DNA of 47,496 bases from Waddliaceae bacterium (GCA_963783885.1 CAWAPJ010000022.1:1-47496); one strand, 5' to 3'. Shown: positions 1 to 10,660, counted from the stretch's first letter. Translations and numbers: made by a program. The notes: generated from the letters alone by a model not told the origin.

Positions 1-122
1 ATGAAGCTAACACTAGTGCTAAAATTGTCAGATTTTTTTTTGCCAACATTTCGATTTTAGGTTAAATTAATCTATATATTTTTTCAATAATTACAACCGG
101 GAAAAAATCGATTTAAAATGGG

Positions 123-2828
123 ATGAATTATTCAATGATGAAGTTCAAAAAGACCATATTCAGTCTGCTGGCGTTTTGCGCCGTGATTGCCCTGGCGGCG
201 TTTGCACTCAATAAAACACCTGCCAAAGAAACAAAACCCCGCCTGTCGATCATCACGTCCGTATTCAACGGAGATCAATTTATCCGGGGCTTTCTTGAAA
301 ATATCACAAGCGTCAATCATTTTGAAGACTATGAGCTTCTTCTCATTCACCCTCCCGGACCCGGCCTAGAAGAATCCGTCATTCGTGAATACCTCCCCCG
401 CTTTGCCAATATCCGCTATATCAAACTTGAGAGCGACCCGGGAATTTACGGCGTCTGGAATCTGGGAGCAAAGATGGCACAAGCCAACTTCCTCACCAAC
501 GCCAATGCCTGCGACAGAAGACATCCGGAAATGCTGGATCGTCATCTCCGCTATCTGGAGAAAAACCCCGATGTCGATCTGGTATATTCCGATTTCATCA
601 TGACGCCTGTCCCCAACTCCGATTTCGCCACTAACAAAAGTAGCAGTATAATACGGTGCGATAATTATTCTCCTGAAAAAATGTATTTGTGCCTGCCGGG
701 GCCGGGGCCGATCTGGCGCAAAGATGTCCACAACCGCTTCGGCTACTTTCGTGATGATTTCATAGCAGCCGGAGATTTTGAAATGTGGAACCGCATGGCA
801 GCCGGCGGAGCCAAAATGAAAAAACTGCCCGGTATCGAGTTGCTTTTCTATATGAATCGTCAGGAAAGGGCCGACAATATCTCTCCAGAAAAAGCGGCCA
901 GAAGAGAGTGGGAAAACAACTATGTCAAGCATGCCTATTCGTATCTTTGGGATCAAATACCCGAGAAAGAGCCTCTTCTTCTCGTTCTTATACCTACAAG
1001 ATCGCGCCCTGAGCGGTTTTTCAAACAGCTCGACAATTATTATTACAATCTTTCCGGAGAAACCCGCTACTGTTTTCTCGTCAACTGCGACGAAGACGAT
1101 GAAACCATGAATAACCCAGAGGTGCGAGAGAAGTTAGGCACCTATCCCAATCTTATCTACACTTTTCAACCCGGTAGCACAAGAATCGACGCCTATAACC
1201 GAAACCTATCTACCACTGCCTACGACATTCTCCTTGCGGCAAGCGAAGACCTGGAACCTCAGGTGTGGGGATATGATAAAAAAATCATAGGCCAAATGAA
1301 AACCCATTTTCCCGGCTACGACGGCGTCCTCAACTACCATGATGGTTATGTCGGCGAAAGGTGCAATATCTATCCTATTGCCGGCCGCAAATTTATTGCA
1401 CGGCTGGGGCACTTCTATCATCCTGAATATACTGCCCTTTGCGCCAATGAAGAACTCACTGTGATTTCACGCATTTTAGGCAAAGAAAGAATCATCAACG
1501 AGATCTTGCTCAAACACCGCCATCCCGCCCATGGCGAAAGACCTTGGGACGACCTGGATAGACTACGTGAAGGATTCAAAGACCAAGACAAACAGGTATT
1601 TTTAAATCACAAGAAAAATCGATTTGATTTGGATGATAGGGGTATTTTCGAAAAGGAGTGGAGCATCCTAATCTGCACAATCGATGAGAGGAAAAAATTC
1701 TTTAACAAACTTTACCAAGAGTTGCAAAACCAGATAGCCGAAGCGGGCCTGAAAGATAAAATTGAAGTCCTGTATTATCGAGATAACCGCGAAAAGACAA
1801 TTGGATTTAAACGAAACGAGCTGATGAGGCGCGCCCGCGGAAAGTATATGTGCTTCATCGATGATGACGACGAAATCCATCCGGGCTACATCAAAATGAT
1901 CTATGAGAAACTGCAATCGAACCCCGATTGTGTCTCCATAACTGGCATTAGATACGATGAAGCTGGTAAACCCACTATTTTCGATCACTCCATCAAGTAT
2001 GGAAATGGATATTGTTTCTGCAACTGGAAGCAGATAAGCCCCCCGGGTCATTTAAATCCGATTAAAAAAGTTGTCGCCGCTCAATATTTATTCCCAAAAA
2101 TTAATATGAGAGAAGATTGCCATTGGGCAATGGAAATCGCTAAATCCGGAATGCTCAAAAAGGAAGCGAATATCAATACGCCTTACTATTTTTATTCTCC
2201 TTCCAAATTCAGGAAGACAACAGATATGACCAAAAAAGACAGGGAGCTTCTCGTCACTGGATGCGCAAGGAGCGGAACGACTTTTATGACGCAATTTCTC
2301 AACAAAAACAAAATGGATGTGGGCCATGAGGCCGACGGACAAGATGGCGTGGTCTCCTGGGTCATGGCTGCAGACAGCAACACTTCTCCCTGGGGTCCGC
2401 CGTCAAATGCCTATCAATTCCAGCATGTTTTGCATCAGGTCAGGCACCCCCTCAAGACCATCGCTTCCGCAGGCAATGAGCCCGATCTTTCATGGTTTTA
2501 TATTCAACGCTTTGTTCCGGAAATTAAACTGGAAGATCCCAAGATCGTCAAAGGGGCCAAATATTGGTATTATTGGAACCTCCTTGCGGAAAAAAAGTCG
2601 GAGTTTACCTACCGCGTGGAAGATTTGGATTGCGCCGTTGATGAAATCAACAACCGCCTGGGACTGAATCTGGATAAAAATATCCTTGAGGAGATCCCGA
2701 AAAACGTCAATACCCAGAGCTGTAAGGATGTCTATACATGGCAGGACCTCAAAGAAAACCTAGAGCCTGAGCTCTATGAGAATATTGTCGAGATGGCCAC
2801 GCGTTATGGATACCATGTCGAAGATTAA
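123..2828 (+). CDS. Multidomain glycosyltransferase (three GT-A/GT2-like domains) fused to a C-terminal sulfotransferase-like domain, with an N-terminal signal/anchor
   Basis: 901-aa ORF with a hydrophobic N-terminus. GT2-like segments are SIITSVFNG..NLGAKMAQANFL, LLVLIPTRSRP..LAASEDLEP and WSILICTID..KRNELMRRARGKYMCFIDDDD. The C-terminus has LVTGCARSGTT and HQVRHPLKTIAS, resembling the 5'-PSB and 3'-PB PAPS-binding motifs. Confidence 0.75.
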   Translation: MNYSMMKFKKTIFSLLAFCAVIALAAFALNKTPAKETKPRLSIITSVFNGDQFIRGFLENITSVNHFEDYELLLIHPPGPGLEESVIREYLPRFANIRYIKLESDPGIYGVWNLGAKMAQANFLTNANACDRRHPEMLDRHLRYLEKNPDVDLVYSDFIMTPVPNSDFATNKSSSIIRCDNYSPEKMYLCLPGPGPIWRKDVHNRFGYFRDDFIAAGDFEMWNRMAAGGAKMKKLPGIELLFYMNRQERADNISPEKAARREWENNYVKHAYSYLWDQIPEKEPLLLVLIPTRSRPERFFKQLDNYYYNLSGETRYCFLVNCDEDDETMNNPEVREKLGTYPNLIYTFQPGSTRIDAYNRNLSTTAYDILLAASEDLEPQVWGYDKKIIGQMKTHFPGYDGVLNYHDGYVGERCNIYPIAGRKFIARLGHFYHPEYTALCANEELTVISRILGKERIINEILLKHRHPAHGERPWDDLDRLREGFKDQDKQVFLNHKKNRFDLDDRGIFEKEWSILICTIDERKKFFNKLYQELQNQIAEAGLKDKIEVLYYRDNREKTIGFKRNELMRRARGKYMCFIDDDDEIHPGYIKMIYEKLQSNPDCVSITGIRYDEAGKPTIFDHSIKYGNGYCFCNWKQISPPGHLNPIKKVVAAQYLFPKINMREDCHWAMEIAKSGMLKKEANINTPYYFYSPSKFRKTTDMTKKDRELLVTGCARSGTTFMTQFLNKNKMDVGHEADGQDGVVSWVMAADSNTSPWGPPSNAYQFQHVLHQVRHPLKTIASAGNEPDLSWFYIQRFVPEIKLEDPKIVKGAKYWYYWNLLAEKKSEFTYRVEDLDCAVDEINNRLGLNLDKNILEEIPKNVNTQSCKDVYTWQDLKENLEPELYENIVEMATRYGYHVED

Positions 2829-3738
2829 CCACCTGAGAGATATGGGCGGCGGCTATCCAAGAGATTTTCGCGGTTATGGCGGCCAGCCTCCCGATCCCAA
2901 ATGGCCAGGGGGCGCTCGCATTGCCATTTCTTTTGTTGTTAACATAGAAGCGGGATCTGAGCTTTCGCTGGCAGATGGAGACGAGAGCAACGAAAGCATC
3001 TATGAAATCGTTGAGAAAGTCGAAGGCGTTCCCAATTTCTGCCTTGCTTCACATTTTGACTATGGTCCCCGTGTCGGATATTGGCGTGTCATGCGATCAC
3101 TTGCGCGGCACAATATCCCCTGTACCCTAAGCGCCGCAGGAAGAGCTATAGAGCGATGCCCTTGGCTAGCAAAAGATGCAGCAGCACGGGGACATGAGGT
3201 GGCCGCTCACGGCTACCGTTGGGAGTCTCACGCCGGTATGCAGGAGGATCAAGAGAGACAGGTTATCGCAAAAGTCGTACAGATAATCAAAGATGCTTCA
3301 GGGGAACGGCCTTTCGGTTGGCACACCAAAGGAGCTCCCTCTCCAAATACTAGGCGACTGCTGTTAGAAGAAGGCGGATTTCTCTATGACTCCGATGCCT
3401 ACGATGATGACCTTCCACGCATCGTCGAAGCCTACGGCAAAAAACATGTCGTTTTGCCCTATGCTTTCGATACCAACGATATGAGATTTATGGCCGGAGG
3501 CAACTTTGTCCTTAGCGATGACTTTGCAACTTATTGCATCGACGCTTTTAACACTTTATGGAAGGAAGGTGAAAAGCACCCAGCTATGATGTCGATTGGC
3601 CTCCATCCTAGATTGATCGGCAGGCCGGGGCGTATAGCGGGCCTTGAGCGATTTCTTGATTATGTCGGCGGAAGAGAAGGCATCTGGTTTGCAAGACGCG
3701 TCGACATAGCCCGGCATTGGCGTTCAGCCACTCTTTAG
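2815..3738 (+). CDS. Polysaccharide deacetylase (CE4) family protein, PuuE allantoinase-like
   Basis: Has the YPRDFRGYGGQPPDPKWPGGARIAISFVVNIE N-terminus, plus HEVAAHGYRW, FLYDSDAYDDDLP and MMSIGLHPRLIGRPGR motifs. Start moved from 2776 to the in-frame ATG at 2815; 2842 is also possible. Confidence 0.8.
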   Translation: MSKINHLRDMGGGYPRDFRGYGGQPPDPKWPGGARIAISFVVNIEAGSELSLADGDESNESIYEIVEKVEGVPNFCLASHFDYGPRVGYWRVMRSLARHNIPCTLSAAGRAIERCPWLAKDAAARGHEVAAHGYRWESHAGMQEDQERQVIAKVVQIIKDASGERPFGWHTKGAPSPNTRRLLLEEGGFLYDSDAYDDDLPRIVEAYGKKHVVLPYAFDTNDMRFMAGGNFVLSDDFATYCIDAFNTLWKEGEKHPAMMSIGLHPRLIGRPGRIAGLERFLDYVGGREGIWFARRVDIARHWRSATL

Positions 3739-3809
3739 ATTAACTTCCTTGACAACCGTATGAAAATCGTGTAAATATTTTTTTTAATTTATTTTAAAGG
3801 AAATCGATT

Positions 3810-4169
3810 ATGTCCGGTGTCACAGCTTTTTGTCAGCGTTGGGAAAAATCCATACATTTTGCAGGGACCTGTCCTGCCGGCTACTCCCTCCATCAAACCC
3901 AAAAAAATTGCGAGGAATTTATTCAAAAATTCTGGAACCAGCAACCTGAGAGAACTCCAGAAGTATATATTATACATTCTGGAGAACCTTTTAAAGTTAA
4001 AGTAGAAGGCCGGCTGCAAAAGAAACTCGACGCTAATCCCTCAGGTTTCCGCATTCGCGGACCGGAAGCAAAAAAATTCCGTCATTCAGGAGAGTTCATA
4101 ATCCTGCCGCCGCAAAAACCCAAAAGAAGCAAATCCTGGAAGAGACTGCCGACTTACAAAAGACATTAA
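3810..4169 (+). CDS. Hypothetical protein (119 aa, basic)
   Basis: ORF fills the gap, with AAGGA upstream of the ATG and TTGACA at 3749. No recognisable domain. Confidence 0.55.
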   Translation: MSGVTAFCQRWEKSIHFAGTCPAGYSLHQTQKNCEEFIQKFWNQQPERTPEVYIIHSGEPFKVKVEGRLQKKLDANPSGFRIRGPEAKKFRHSGEFIILPPQKPKRSKSWKRLPTYKRH

Positions 4170-4188
4170 TAGAGGAAATTGCAAAAAA

Positions 4189-4530
4189 GAGGGAAGGCGG
4201 TAAGCCGGATTCTGTCGAGGGCCATCATTTGTCTAGGGACCCCGTCGCCGAGATCCTCAAGCAGCTGTCTTCAGGACTCTGCGGAGAACAGTGAAGCGCC
4301 CTGTATTTGCCTTGCTTCGGATAGGGTTTGCCGCAGCCGGCAGGTCTCCCTGCCGGGGCCGGGTCTTAAACCCGGCGTTTCAGCCTGTCCGCCCAAAGGG
4401 CGGCGGTTTGCTTTCTGTTGCACTTTCCGTAGCCTTTCGGCCCCCAGCCTTTCGCTGGTATCCTCTCCTGTGAAGTCCAGACTTTCCTCCGCCGAATTAA
4501 AACGCGGCGGCGATGACCTGCCTTCCCGAG
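4189..4530 (-). ncRNA. rnpB: RNase P RNA, bacterial type A, apparently lacking helix P18 as in Chlamydiae
   Basis: The minus strand reads GGAGGAAAGTCTGGACT...GGAAAGTGCAACAGAAAGCAAACCGCC...AAACCC...AGACAAATGAT...ACAGAATCCGGCTTA. The 5' and 3' ends (GGGAAGGC / GCCTTCCC) pair as P1. Confidence 0.95.
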
Positions 4531-4588
4531 ATATTCTTACGAGCCGCTTGCAAGAGTCGGTTTTGCCGGAGCTAACGCAAGCGGGCTC

Positions 4589-5362
4589 TTACGATGATGC
4601 TTTGGAAGAGCGTCTTCTCCGCTTGGTCGGAGCGGCAGTCGTTCCTTCCAGCTTTTCGCTTTCCTGCCAGTAATGGATGCGGGAACAATGCTCGCAAAAG
4701 ACGAGGCGCTCCCCTTTTCTCACAAGGTTTTCATCCTGGGCCGTCAATGTGATGTGGCACCCGCTGCAGCAACGGTTTTCAATCGGAACGACAACACGGT
4801 TCTTCTTATTGCGAAGCAGCCTGTCGTATATTTTAAGAGTATCCGGATCCGCCTCTTTGGTCATCTCGTCGCGCTCAACTTTGATCTGCCGCCCCTCTTC
4901 GTTAATCTGGCGGATGCTTTCAAAGATCTCTTCCTCAAGCTCCTTGCTGTTGGCGATCGTTTGGTCCAAACTCTCCTGAAGACTCTTTAGGACGTCTTCT
5001 TCCGCAGCCAGCCTGTCGTATTGGTCGCTCAGGACTTGCTCCTTAGCGTGGCGCTGCTTTTCGGCGCCTGAAATTTCATGGGTCAGAGCATTGAACTCAT
5101 CGACTTTTTTGATGGCATTTTGCTGGCTTTCAAGTTTTTTGATCTTTTCGTTGATCTCTTCGACCTCAAGCTCCATAAGCTTGATGTCGCTTTTGATCTT
5201 CATGATTTCCTCTTCCTTACCCTCGACCTGGCCCCGAAGATCGTCTTTGATGCGCCCGAGCTTTTTCAGCTCTTTCTGACGCTCTTTTTTAAGGCGGATC
5301 AACCGGATCATCTTCATGTCGAGTTCTTGGATATCTAGAATTTTTTTGAGAACTTCTAACAT
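4589..5362 (-). CDS. cdsZ: Coiled-coil + C4 zinc-ribbon protein (CT398/CdsZ, DUF164/FlgZ-like)
   Basis: Starts ILDIQELDMKMIRL, followed by a long coiled coil and CSGCHITL...FCEHCSRIHYW. It lies adjacent to rnpB, as in chlamydial genomes. Confidence 0.85.
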   Translation of the reverse strand: MLEVLKKILDIQELDMKMIRLIRLKKERQKELKKLGRIKDDLRGQVEGKEEEIMKIKSDIKLMELEVEEINEKIKKLESQQNAIKKVDEFNALTHEISGAEKQRHAKEQVLSDQYDRLAAEEDVLKSLQESLDQTIANSKELEEEIFESIRQINEEGRQIKVERDEMTKEADPDTLKIYDRLLRNKKNRVVVPIENRCCSGCHITLTAQDENLVRKGERLVFCEHCSRIHYWQESEKLEGTTAAPTKRRRRSSKASS

Positions 5363-5565
5363 TTTGATTCCTTAAGAATGGATTGCAAGTTAATAATGAT
5401 ATTTTAGGCATTTAAAGCTTAGTTCTCAAGAAAAAAAGCTTTCCACAAGGCAATTATACCCGAATTTATGATTTTTTTGCTAAGCCAAGCGAATATGTTG
5501 CGCCTTAGCGGAGCGTTGTGATAATCTTCAATAGAAATTAAATCACAAACTCGGGGTCCATAAAT

Positions 5566-7065
5566 ATGCATCTCTTAAAGAATTATCTTGACGGCCGTGA
5601 ATCCTACGAGCCCGGAGCTGCCGCTTTTTTTGCCTCCCTCGACCTGATTAGTCAAACAAACCCGGAAATCGCCGAAGCCATTGTCCAGGAATTAATAGAT
5701 CAGCGAAGCTACTTAAAGCTGATCGCCTCGGAAAATTTCTCCTCGCTGGCTGTCCAGCAGGCAATGGGCAACCTTTTGACCGACAAGTATTCGGAAGGCT
5801 ACCCCCACCACCGCTTTTATGCCGGATGCGATAATGTCGATACGGTGGAAGACCGGGCGGCGACTCTTCTAAAGGAGCTATTCGATTGCGACCATGCTTA
5901 TGTGCAGCCCCATTCGGGCGCAGACGCCAATCTGGTGGCTTTCTGGGCTATTCTGATCCACAGAGTGCAAAACAGGGAAGTGGAAAAGCTTGGGAAAAAA
6001 TCGATCGACGAGCTCACCGGCGAGGAGTACGAAGCTGTCAGGCAGCTGATGATGAATCAAAAGGTGATGGGGCTGTCGCTCAATTCCGGCGGCCACCTGA
6101 CACACGGATACCGCCACAATATTTCCTCCAAGATGATGCGCGCGGTAAGCTACGACATCGACCCGGCCACAGGGCTGCTTAACTACGACCTTCTCTCCAA
6201 GCAGGCAAAAGAAGAGAAACCCGATATCCTCCTTGCCGGATACTCGGCCTATCCCAGACTGATCAACTTCGCCAAAATGCGGGAAATCGCCGACTCGGTC
6301 GGAGCGGTTTTCATGGTCGACATGGCCCACTTCAGCGGACTTGTCGCAGGAAAAGTGTTTCAAGGAGACTACAATCCGGTACCGTTTGCCCATGTTGTAA
6401 CCTCGACGACCCATAAAACCTTGAGGGGGCCGAGAGGCGGACTGGTGCTTTGCAAACAGGAATACGCCGATGTTGTAAATAAGGGTTGCCCGCTTGTTTT
6501 AGGCGGCCCGCTCCCCCATGTTATAGCGGCCAAAGCCATAGCGTTCCAAGAAGCTAAGACCAAAGAGTTTCAAAATTATGCCCGCAAGATTGTGGAAAAC
6601 GCCAAAGCTTTGGCGGAAAGCCTGGTCAGGCAAGGGATCCCTGTGCTCACCGGTGGGACCGACAACCATCTGATTCTCCTCGACCTTTCGGAGTTTGCCA
6701 TCACCGGCCGGCAGGCGGAAAAGGCTCTTCGCGAAGCGCACATCACAGTCAACCGCAATGCCATTCCATTCGACAAAAACGGCCCCTGGTACACCTCCGG
6801 CGTGCGCATCGGCACCCCGGCGGTCTCAACTCTTGGAATGGGAAAAGCCGAAATGGATGTAATCGGGGAAGTCATTTATGATGTTCTCACAAACTGCATG
6901 CCGAAAATAGTTCAGAAAACCCAAAAACCAAGCAAAGCCCAATATGAAATTAACGACAAAATTCTAAGCCGCTCGAAAGATCGGATTCACGAACTTCTGG
7001 GCCGCTTTCCGCTTTATCCCGAGATCGAGCTGGCACCTGAGCAAGAATTAATTGTTAAACATTAG
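5566..7065 (+). CDS. glyA: Serine hydroxymethyltransferase
   Basis: Motifs LIASEN, YSEGYP, QPHSGADAN, GGHLTHG, DMAHFSGLVA and the PLP-lysine motif TSTTHKTLRGPRGG. Confidence 0.97.
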   Translation: MHLLKNYLDGRESYEPGAAAFFASLDLISQTNPEIAEAIVQELIDQRSYLKLIASENFSSLAVQQAMGNLLTDKYSEGYPHHRFYAGCDNVDTVEDRAATLLKELFDCDHAYVQPHSGADANLVAFWAILIHRVQNREVEKLGKKSIDELTGEEYEAVRQLMMNQKVMGLSLNSGGHLTHGYRHNISSKMMRAVSYDIDPATGLLNYDLLSKQAKEEKPDILLAGYSAYPRLINFAKMREIADSVGAVFMVDMAHFSGLVAGKVFQGDYNPVPFAHVVTSTTHKTLRGPRGGLVLCKQEYADVVNKGCPLVLGGPLPHVIAAKAIAFQEAKTKEFQNYARKIVENAKALAESLVRQGIPVLTGGTDNHLILLDLSEFAITGRQAEKALREAHITVNRNAIPFDKNGPWYTSGVRIGTPAVSTLGMGKAEMDVIGEVIYDVLTNCMPKIVQKTQKPSKAQYEINDKILSRSKDRIHELLGRFPLYPEIELAPEQELIVKH

Positions 7066-7068
7066 GAG

Positions 7069-7668
7069 ATGAATTTCATGGCAAAAGACGAAGAGATCAA
7101 TAACTTTAAGGTGCAGGACAAGATCGACCAGTCCCTGCTGGACGCAAGGCGCATTTTTCTCTCGGACGACATCAATACAGATTCGGCCGAAGATGTTATC
7201 CGCAAGCTCTGGTATCTTGAAATGCAAGATCCCGGAAAGCCGATACTGCTCATCATCAACAGCCCGGGAGGAGCGATCGATTCGGGATTTGCGATTTGGG
7301 ACCAGATCAAAATGATCACCTCGCCAGTCATTACTCTGGTGACAGGACTTGCCGCTTCGATGGGCTCGGTGTTGAGCCTTGCCGCCGACCCCGACAAACG
7401 ATTTGCGACGCCTCATTCGAGAATCATGATCCACCAGCCAAGGCTGAGCGGCGTCATTCAAGGACAGGCGACAGACCTTGAGATTCAAGCGAGAGAAATG
7501 ATCAAAACACGCGAAATGATCATCGAGGTCTATATGGATGCCACCGGCAAAGACCATGACACCATTGACGAGTCGATTGACAGAGACACATGGTTCGGCG
7601 CCGAAGAAGCGAAAAAATTCGGCCTGATCAGCGGCATCGTGAATTCATATACAGAGATTCCGATGTGA
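7069..7668 (+). CDS. clpP: ATP-dependent Clp protease proteolytic subunit (ClpP1-type)
   Basis: Motifs [14 protein letters not shown] (catalytic Ser), RIMIHQP (His) and DRDTW (Asp). The start could be ATG 7078. Confidence 0.95.
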   Translation: MNFMAKDEEINNFKVQDKIDQSLLDARRIFLSDDINTDSAEDVIRKLWYLEMQDPGKPILLIINSPGGAIDSGFAIWDQIKMITSPVITLVTGLAASMGSVLSLAADPDKRFATPHSRIMIHQPRLSGVIQGQATDLEIQAREMIKTREMIIEVYMDATGKDHDTIDESIDRDTWFGAEEAKKFGLISGIVNSYTEIPM

Positions 7669-8441
7669 CAATCAATTTTAGCAAATACAGCGGCATGGGC
7701 AATGATTTCATTTTGATAGACAATCGAAATGGAAGCACTTTTAGTCCATCTGCAGTCAAAAATCTATGCACAAGGCGCATAGGCATCGGTGCCGATGGTG
7801 TAATTCTGCTTGAATCCTCCAAAAGAGCCGATGTCGGGATGCGTATTTTCAACGCCGACGGTTCCGAGGCGGAAATGTGCGGAAACGGCATTCGCTGCCT
7901 GATGAAGTACATTCTGGAGATCGGGATGCCCGAAAAGCCCTATAGCATTGAGGTGCATGGATCCGTGCTGAATGCTAAGTATGAGAACGACCTGGTCTCG
8001 GTCGACTTGGGAATACCGACTGAAATCGTCTGGGATATGATTGTAGAGGGAACCGCCCTCCACTTCTTGAATACCGGCGTTCCCCACGCAGTCGTCTTTG
8101 TCGAAAATTTGTCTGATGTAGATGTTGAAGCCGAAGGACGCTTCTTAAGAAGGCATAAAACCTTTGCCCCCCGCGGGACGAATGCGACTTTTGTCCAAAT
8201 CCTCTCCCCCGGCCGCCTTATTTTCAGCACTTATGAAAGAGGCGTCGAAGCCGAAACGCTGGCCTGCGGCACGGGAGCTGCGGCAGCAGCATTTGCCTAC
8301 ATCCGCCGCGAAGGAACTGCCATAGTCGAAAATAAAAATGGTGAAACTATGTCGCTTAGAGTTGACAAGCAGCAGCGCATTCATATGGTAGGCCCGGCCC
8401 GACTTGTCTACAAAGGACAGTTCTTAATTGAAAACAACTGA
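7665..8441 (+). CDS. dapF: Diaminopimelate epimerase
   Basis: Motifs [37 protein letters not shown] and [15 protein letters not shown]. The GTG start at 7665 overlaps the clpP stop (GTGA). Confidence 0.93.
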   Translation: MTINFSKYSGMGNDFILIDNRNGSTFSPSAVKNLCTRRIGIGADGVILLESSKRADVGMRIFNADGSEAEMCGNGIRCLMKYILEIGMPEKPYSIEVHGSVLNAKYENDLVSVDLGIPTEIVWDMIVEGTALHFLNTGVPHAVVFVENLSDVDVEAEGRFLRRHKTFAPRGTNATFVQILSPGRLIFSTYERGVEAETLACGTGAAAAAFAYIRREGTAIVENKNGETMSLRVDKQQRIHMVGPARLVYKGQFLIENN

Positions 8442-8456
8442 ATGTTGATCTATACT
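8428..8456 (+). promoter_or_regulatory. Putative sigma66/sigma70-type promoter for the UPF0158 gene
   Basis: TTGAAA-17bp-TATACT, ending 15 bp before ATG 8472. Confidence 0.5.
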
Positions 8457-8471
8457 AATCGTTAAAAAGGT

Positions 8472-9479
8472 ATGGTTATGTCTGCCAAAAAAAAATTGCA
8501 AGAAGCTAAAAATCCCTTGATTCTTCGCTCGCAGCGTTTAATGGAGGCCTTCGCCAAGTCGGATGACGAAAGAGACTTTTATCTCGACCGTCAGGAAGGG
8601 TTTATCATTTACGCCGATCTGGACGAATCCGAAGAGAATCTAGGCCGCTTATTCGAGGAGCTGGCAACCAACTCCGACCGGTATTGCATGATTCCCAAAC
8701 TGAGCTTCTATGAACAAAAAAAAATCATGGAAGGGTTTATCCACGAGAAAGTATACGATATCGACACCAAAGAGAAGCTCATGGACATCATTCAGTCCAA
8801 AGAAGCCCGTGAAAACTTTCTCGAGTTTCTCTATGACCACCATGGCGAGCTTGAAAAGTGGCAGCAATATTATCAGGAAAGATCCCGGGTACGGATTATC
8901 GAATGGCTGCGCAACAACAATTTCCATTTTGTCTTTGAAGAAGACCTGGATCTGGGAATCACGCTTATCGAAAAACTCAAAAAACACCTCTTTGACGACA
9001 AAGTGCCAAAAGATGTGCAAAATGCGCGGAAAATTTTAACAACAAAAGCAAAAACCTACTACTCGAATGAAGCCCTGAACCCCCGCCCAAAAAGAGGACG
9101 CCCCCCGAAACAAACGCAAAAAACCGAGCTTGAACCCCAAATCTCGGTCGACATCTACAACACTGTCCCTCAGTCAGTGCGCGCGTTCCTCTTCACTCCC
9201 GACCTGTCGATCGTTGGCGCCGCTTCCTTCTCGTCCAAATTCGAAACGGAAGAAGAGATTCTTGCCCACCGCCGCCAGGCAGCCAGGGAGGAATCGGAAA
9301 GCGCCCTCGAAAACCTCAATCAAAAGCTCGAAACTTTGAGAAAACTCAGCAATAAATTGCGAGGTGAAGAGCCAGATGAGAACGAACTCGAAGAAATAGA
9401 GAATGAAGAAGAGGAAGTCCCCGAGAAAACAACAAAAAAGCGGCAAAAGTCAGAAACGAACACCCGAAAAAAGAAATAA
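8472..9479 (+). CDS. UPF0158 family protein (CT429-like)
   Basis: Starts NPLILRSQRLMEAFAKSDDERDFYLDRQEG and contains EALNPRPKRGRPPKQ. It lies downstream of dapF, as in Chlamydia. Confidence 0.85.
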   Translation: MVMSAKKKLQEAKNPLILRSQRLMEAFAKSDDERDFYLDRQEGFIIYADLDESEENLGRLFEELATNSDRYCMIPKLSFYEQKKIMEGFIHEKVYDIDTKEKLMDIIQSKEARENFLEFLYDHHGELEKWQQYYQERSRVRIIEWLRNNNFHFVFEEDLDLGITLIEKLKKHLFDDKVPKDVQNARKILTTKAKTYYSNEALNPRPKRGRPPKQTQKTELEPQISVDIYNTVPQSVRAFLFTPDLSIVGAASFSSKFETEEEILAHRRQAAREESESALENLNQKLETLRKLSNKLRGEEPDENELEEIENEEEEVPEKTTKKRQKSETNTRKKK

Positions 9480-10448
9480 TTCTCGTTTGAGCTGTTCCAC
9501 AATATTTTTTTCGACAAGAGTCGCAGTTGCTGCGATGCTGTGGGCTATCGTTGATGCGGTAGAAGATCCATGGCATTTGACCAAAATACCGTCGACGCCG
9601 CACACAAGAGCGCCGGGGTGTTTTTCATCGCAGAACTGTTTTTTGAGAGTCTCATATACTGTCTCGGGAAACTCATAGCCCGCCTGGCGGAGCGCCAGAC
9701 GGCAGGTTTGGAGGGCAGCTTGCGATACGCCTTCAGCAGTCTTTAAGAATACATTTCCTGTAAAACCATTAGTAACAAGCACATCGACATCCCCTTTAAA
9801 AACTTCCCTACCCTCGATATTGCCTAAAAAGGAAAAATCCAGTTCGGGAGAAATCTTCTCAAGTTTTGCATACGTCTCTTGAAGCTCTCTTGGCCCCTTT
9901 CCTGATTCTTGGCCAATATTGAGCAATCCGATATTCGGACAAGGATTATTGAAAACACATCTTTGGTACGCAGCACCCATCAAAGCAAACTGTACTAATT
10001 TATTTGAGCTGCAGAAAAGATTGCCCCCAACATCAACGACGACAACCGGCTTTTTTTCCCTTGGAAGAACAGCTAAAAGAGCCGGGCGGTCGATTGTGGG
10101 AAATTTGGACAGATACAAAGCGGAAGAGGCAATGAGGGACCCTGTATTTCCGGTTGTGACGAGAGCGTCGGCCTGCCGGTTTTTAATCAATTCAATCCCT
10201 CTGATCAGGGTCGATCCTTTTTTCGTTTTAGCAGATTGCAAAGGATCGTCGTCCATTGAGATATATTCATCTGCAATATGGAACTGGAGACGGTCAGAAA
10301 CCTTTTTGGGCAGCTGATCCAGAATTTTTTGCGGTGCAATTACAATGAAAGAGGCCGTTTGCGACAGATCATCTATACTTTGTACAACTCCATCAAATAG
10401 TTCTTCCGGAGGTCTGTCGCCCCCCATCAGATCCAGTGCCAGACGCAT
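9450..10448 (-). CDS. plsX: Phosphate acyltransferase PlsX
   Basis: Starts MRLALDLMGGD at ATG 10448. Motifs VTTGNTG, IDRPAL, DVGGN, GLLNIGQESGKG, NGFTGNVFLKTAEG and VKCHGSS. It lies downstream of rpmF. Confidence 0.93.
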   Translation of the reverse strand: MRLALDLMGGDRPPEELFDGVVQSIDDLSQTASFIVIAPQKILDQLPKKVSDRLQFHIADEYISMDDDPLQSAKTKKGSTLIRGIELIKNRQADALVTTGNTGSLIASSALYLSKFPTIDRPALLAVLPREKKPVVVVDVGGNLFCSSNKLVQFALMGAAYQRCVFNNPCPNIGLLNIGQESGKGPRELQETYAKLEKISPELDFSFLGNIEGREVFKGDVDVLVTNGFTGNVFLKTAEGVSQAALQTCRLALRQAGYEFPETVYETLKKQFCDEKHPGALVCGVDGILVKCHGSSTASTIAHSIAATATLVEKNIVEQLKRELFLFSGVRF

Positions 10449-10453
10449 GTCTT

Positions 10454-10639
10454 TTATTCGGATTCCTCGGGAAAAAGATTCCTTTCGGCATAAAAACCGC
10501 ACTCGGGGCAGATGATATGGGACTTCTTCCTGACACCGCAATTCTTGCATGCGACAAAATTCTTGACAGAACGTCCCTGATGGGCCCGTTTTTTGTTCCT
10601 TCTCGAGGTGGAATGTCTGTTACGCGGGCAAATTGTCAT
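10454..10639 (-). CDS. rpmF: 50S ribosomal protein L32 (Zn-binding form)
   Basis: PRNRHSTSRRNKKRAH, CKNC...HIICPECGFY, in yceD-rpmF-plsX order. Confidence 0.92.
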   Translation of the reverse strand: MTICPRNRHSTSRRNKKRAHQGRSVKNFVACKNCGVRKKSHIICPECGFYAERNLFPEESE

Positions 10640-10660
10640 AGCTGGTTTGACTCCTCTTAA

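Noticed and set aside
4179-4673. 164-aa plus-strand ORF
   Set aside because: It is antisense to rnpB and the cdsZ 3' end; a shadow ORF.
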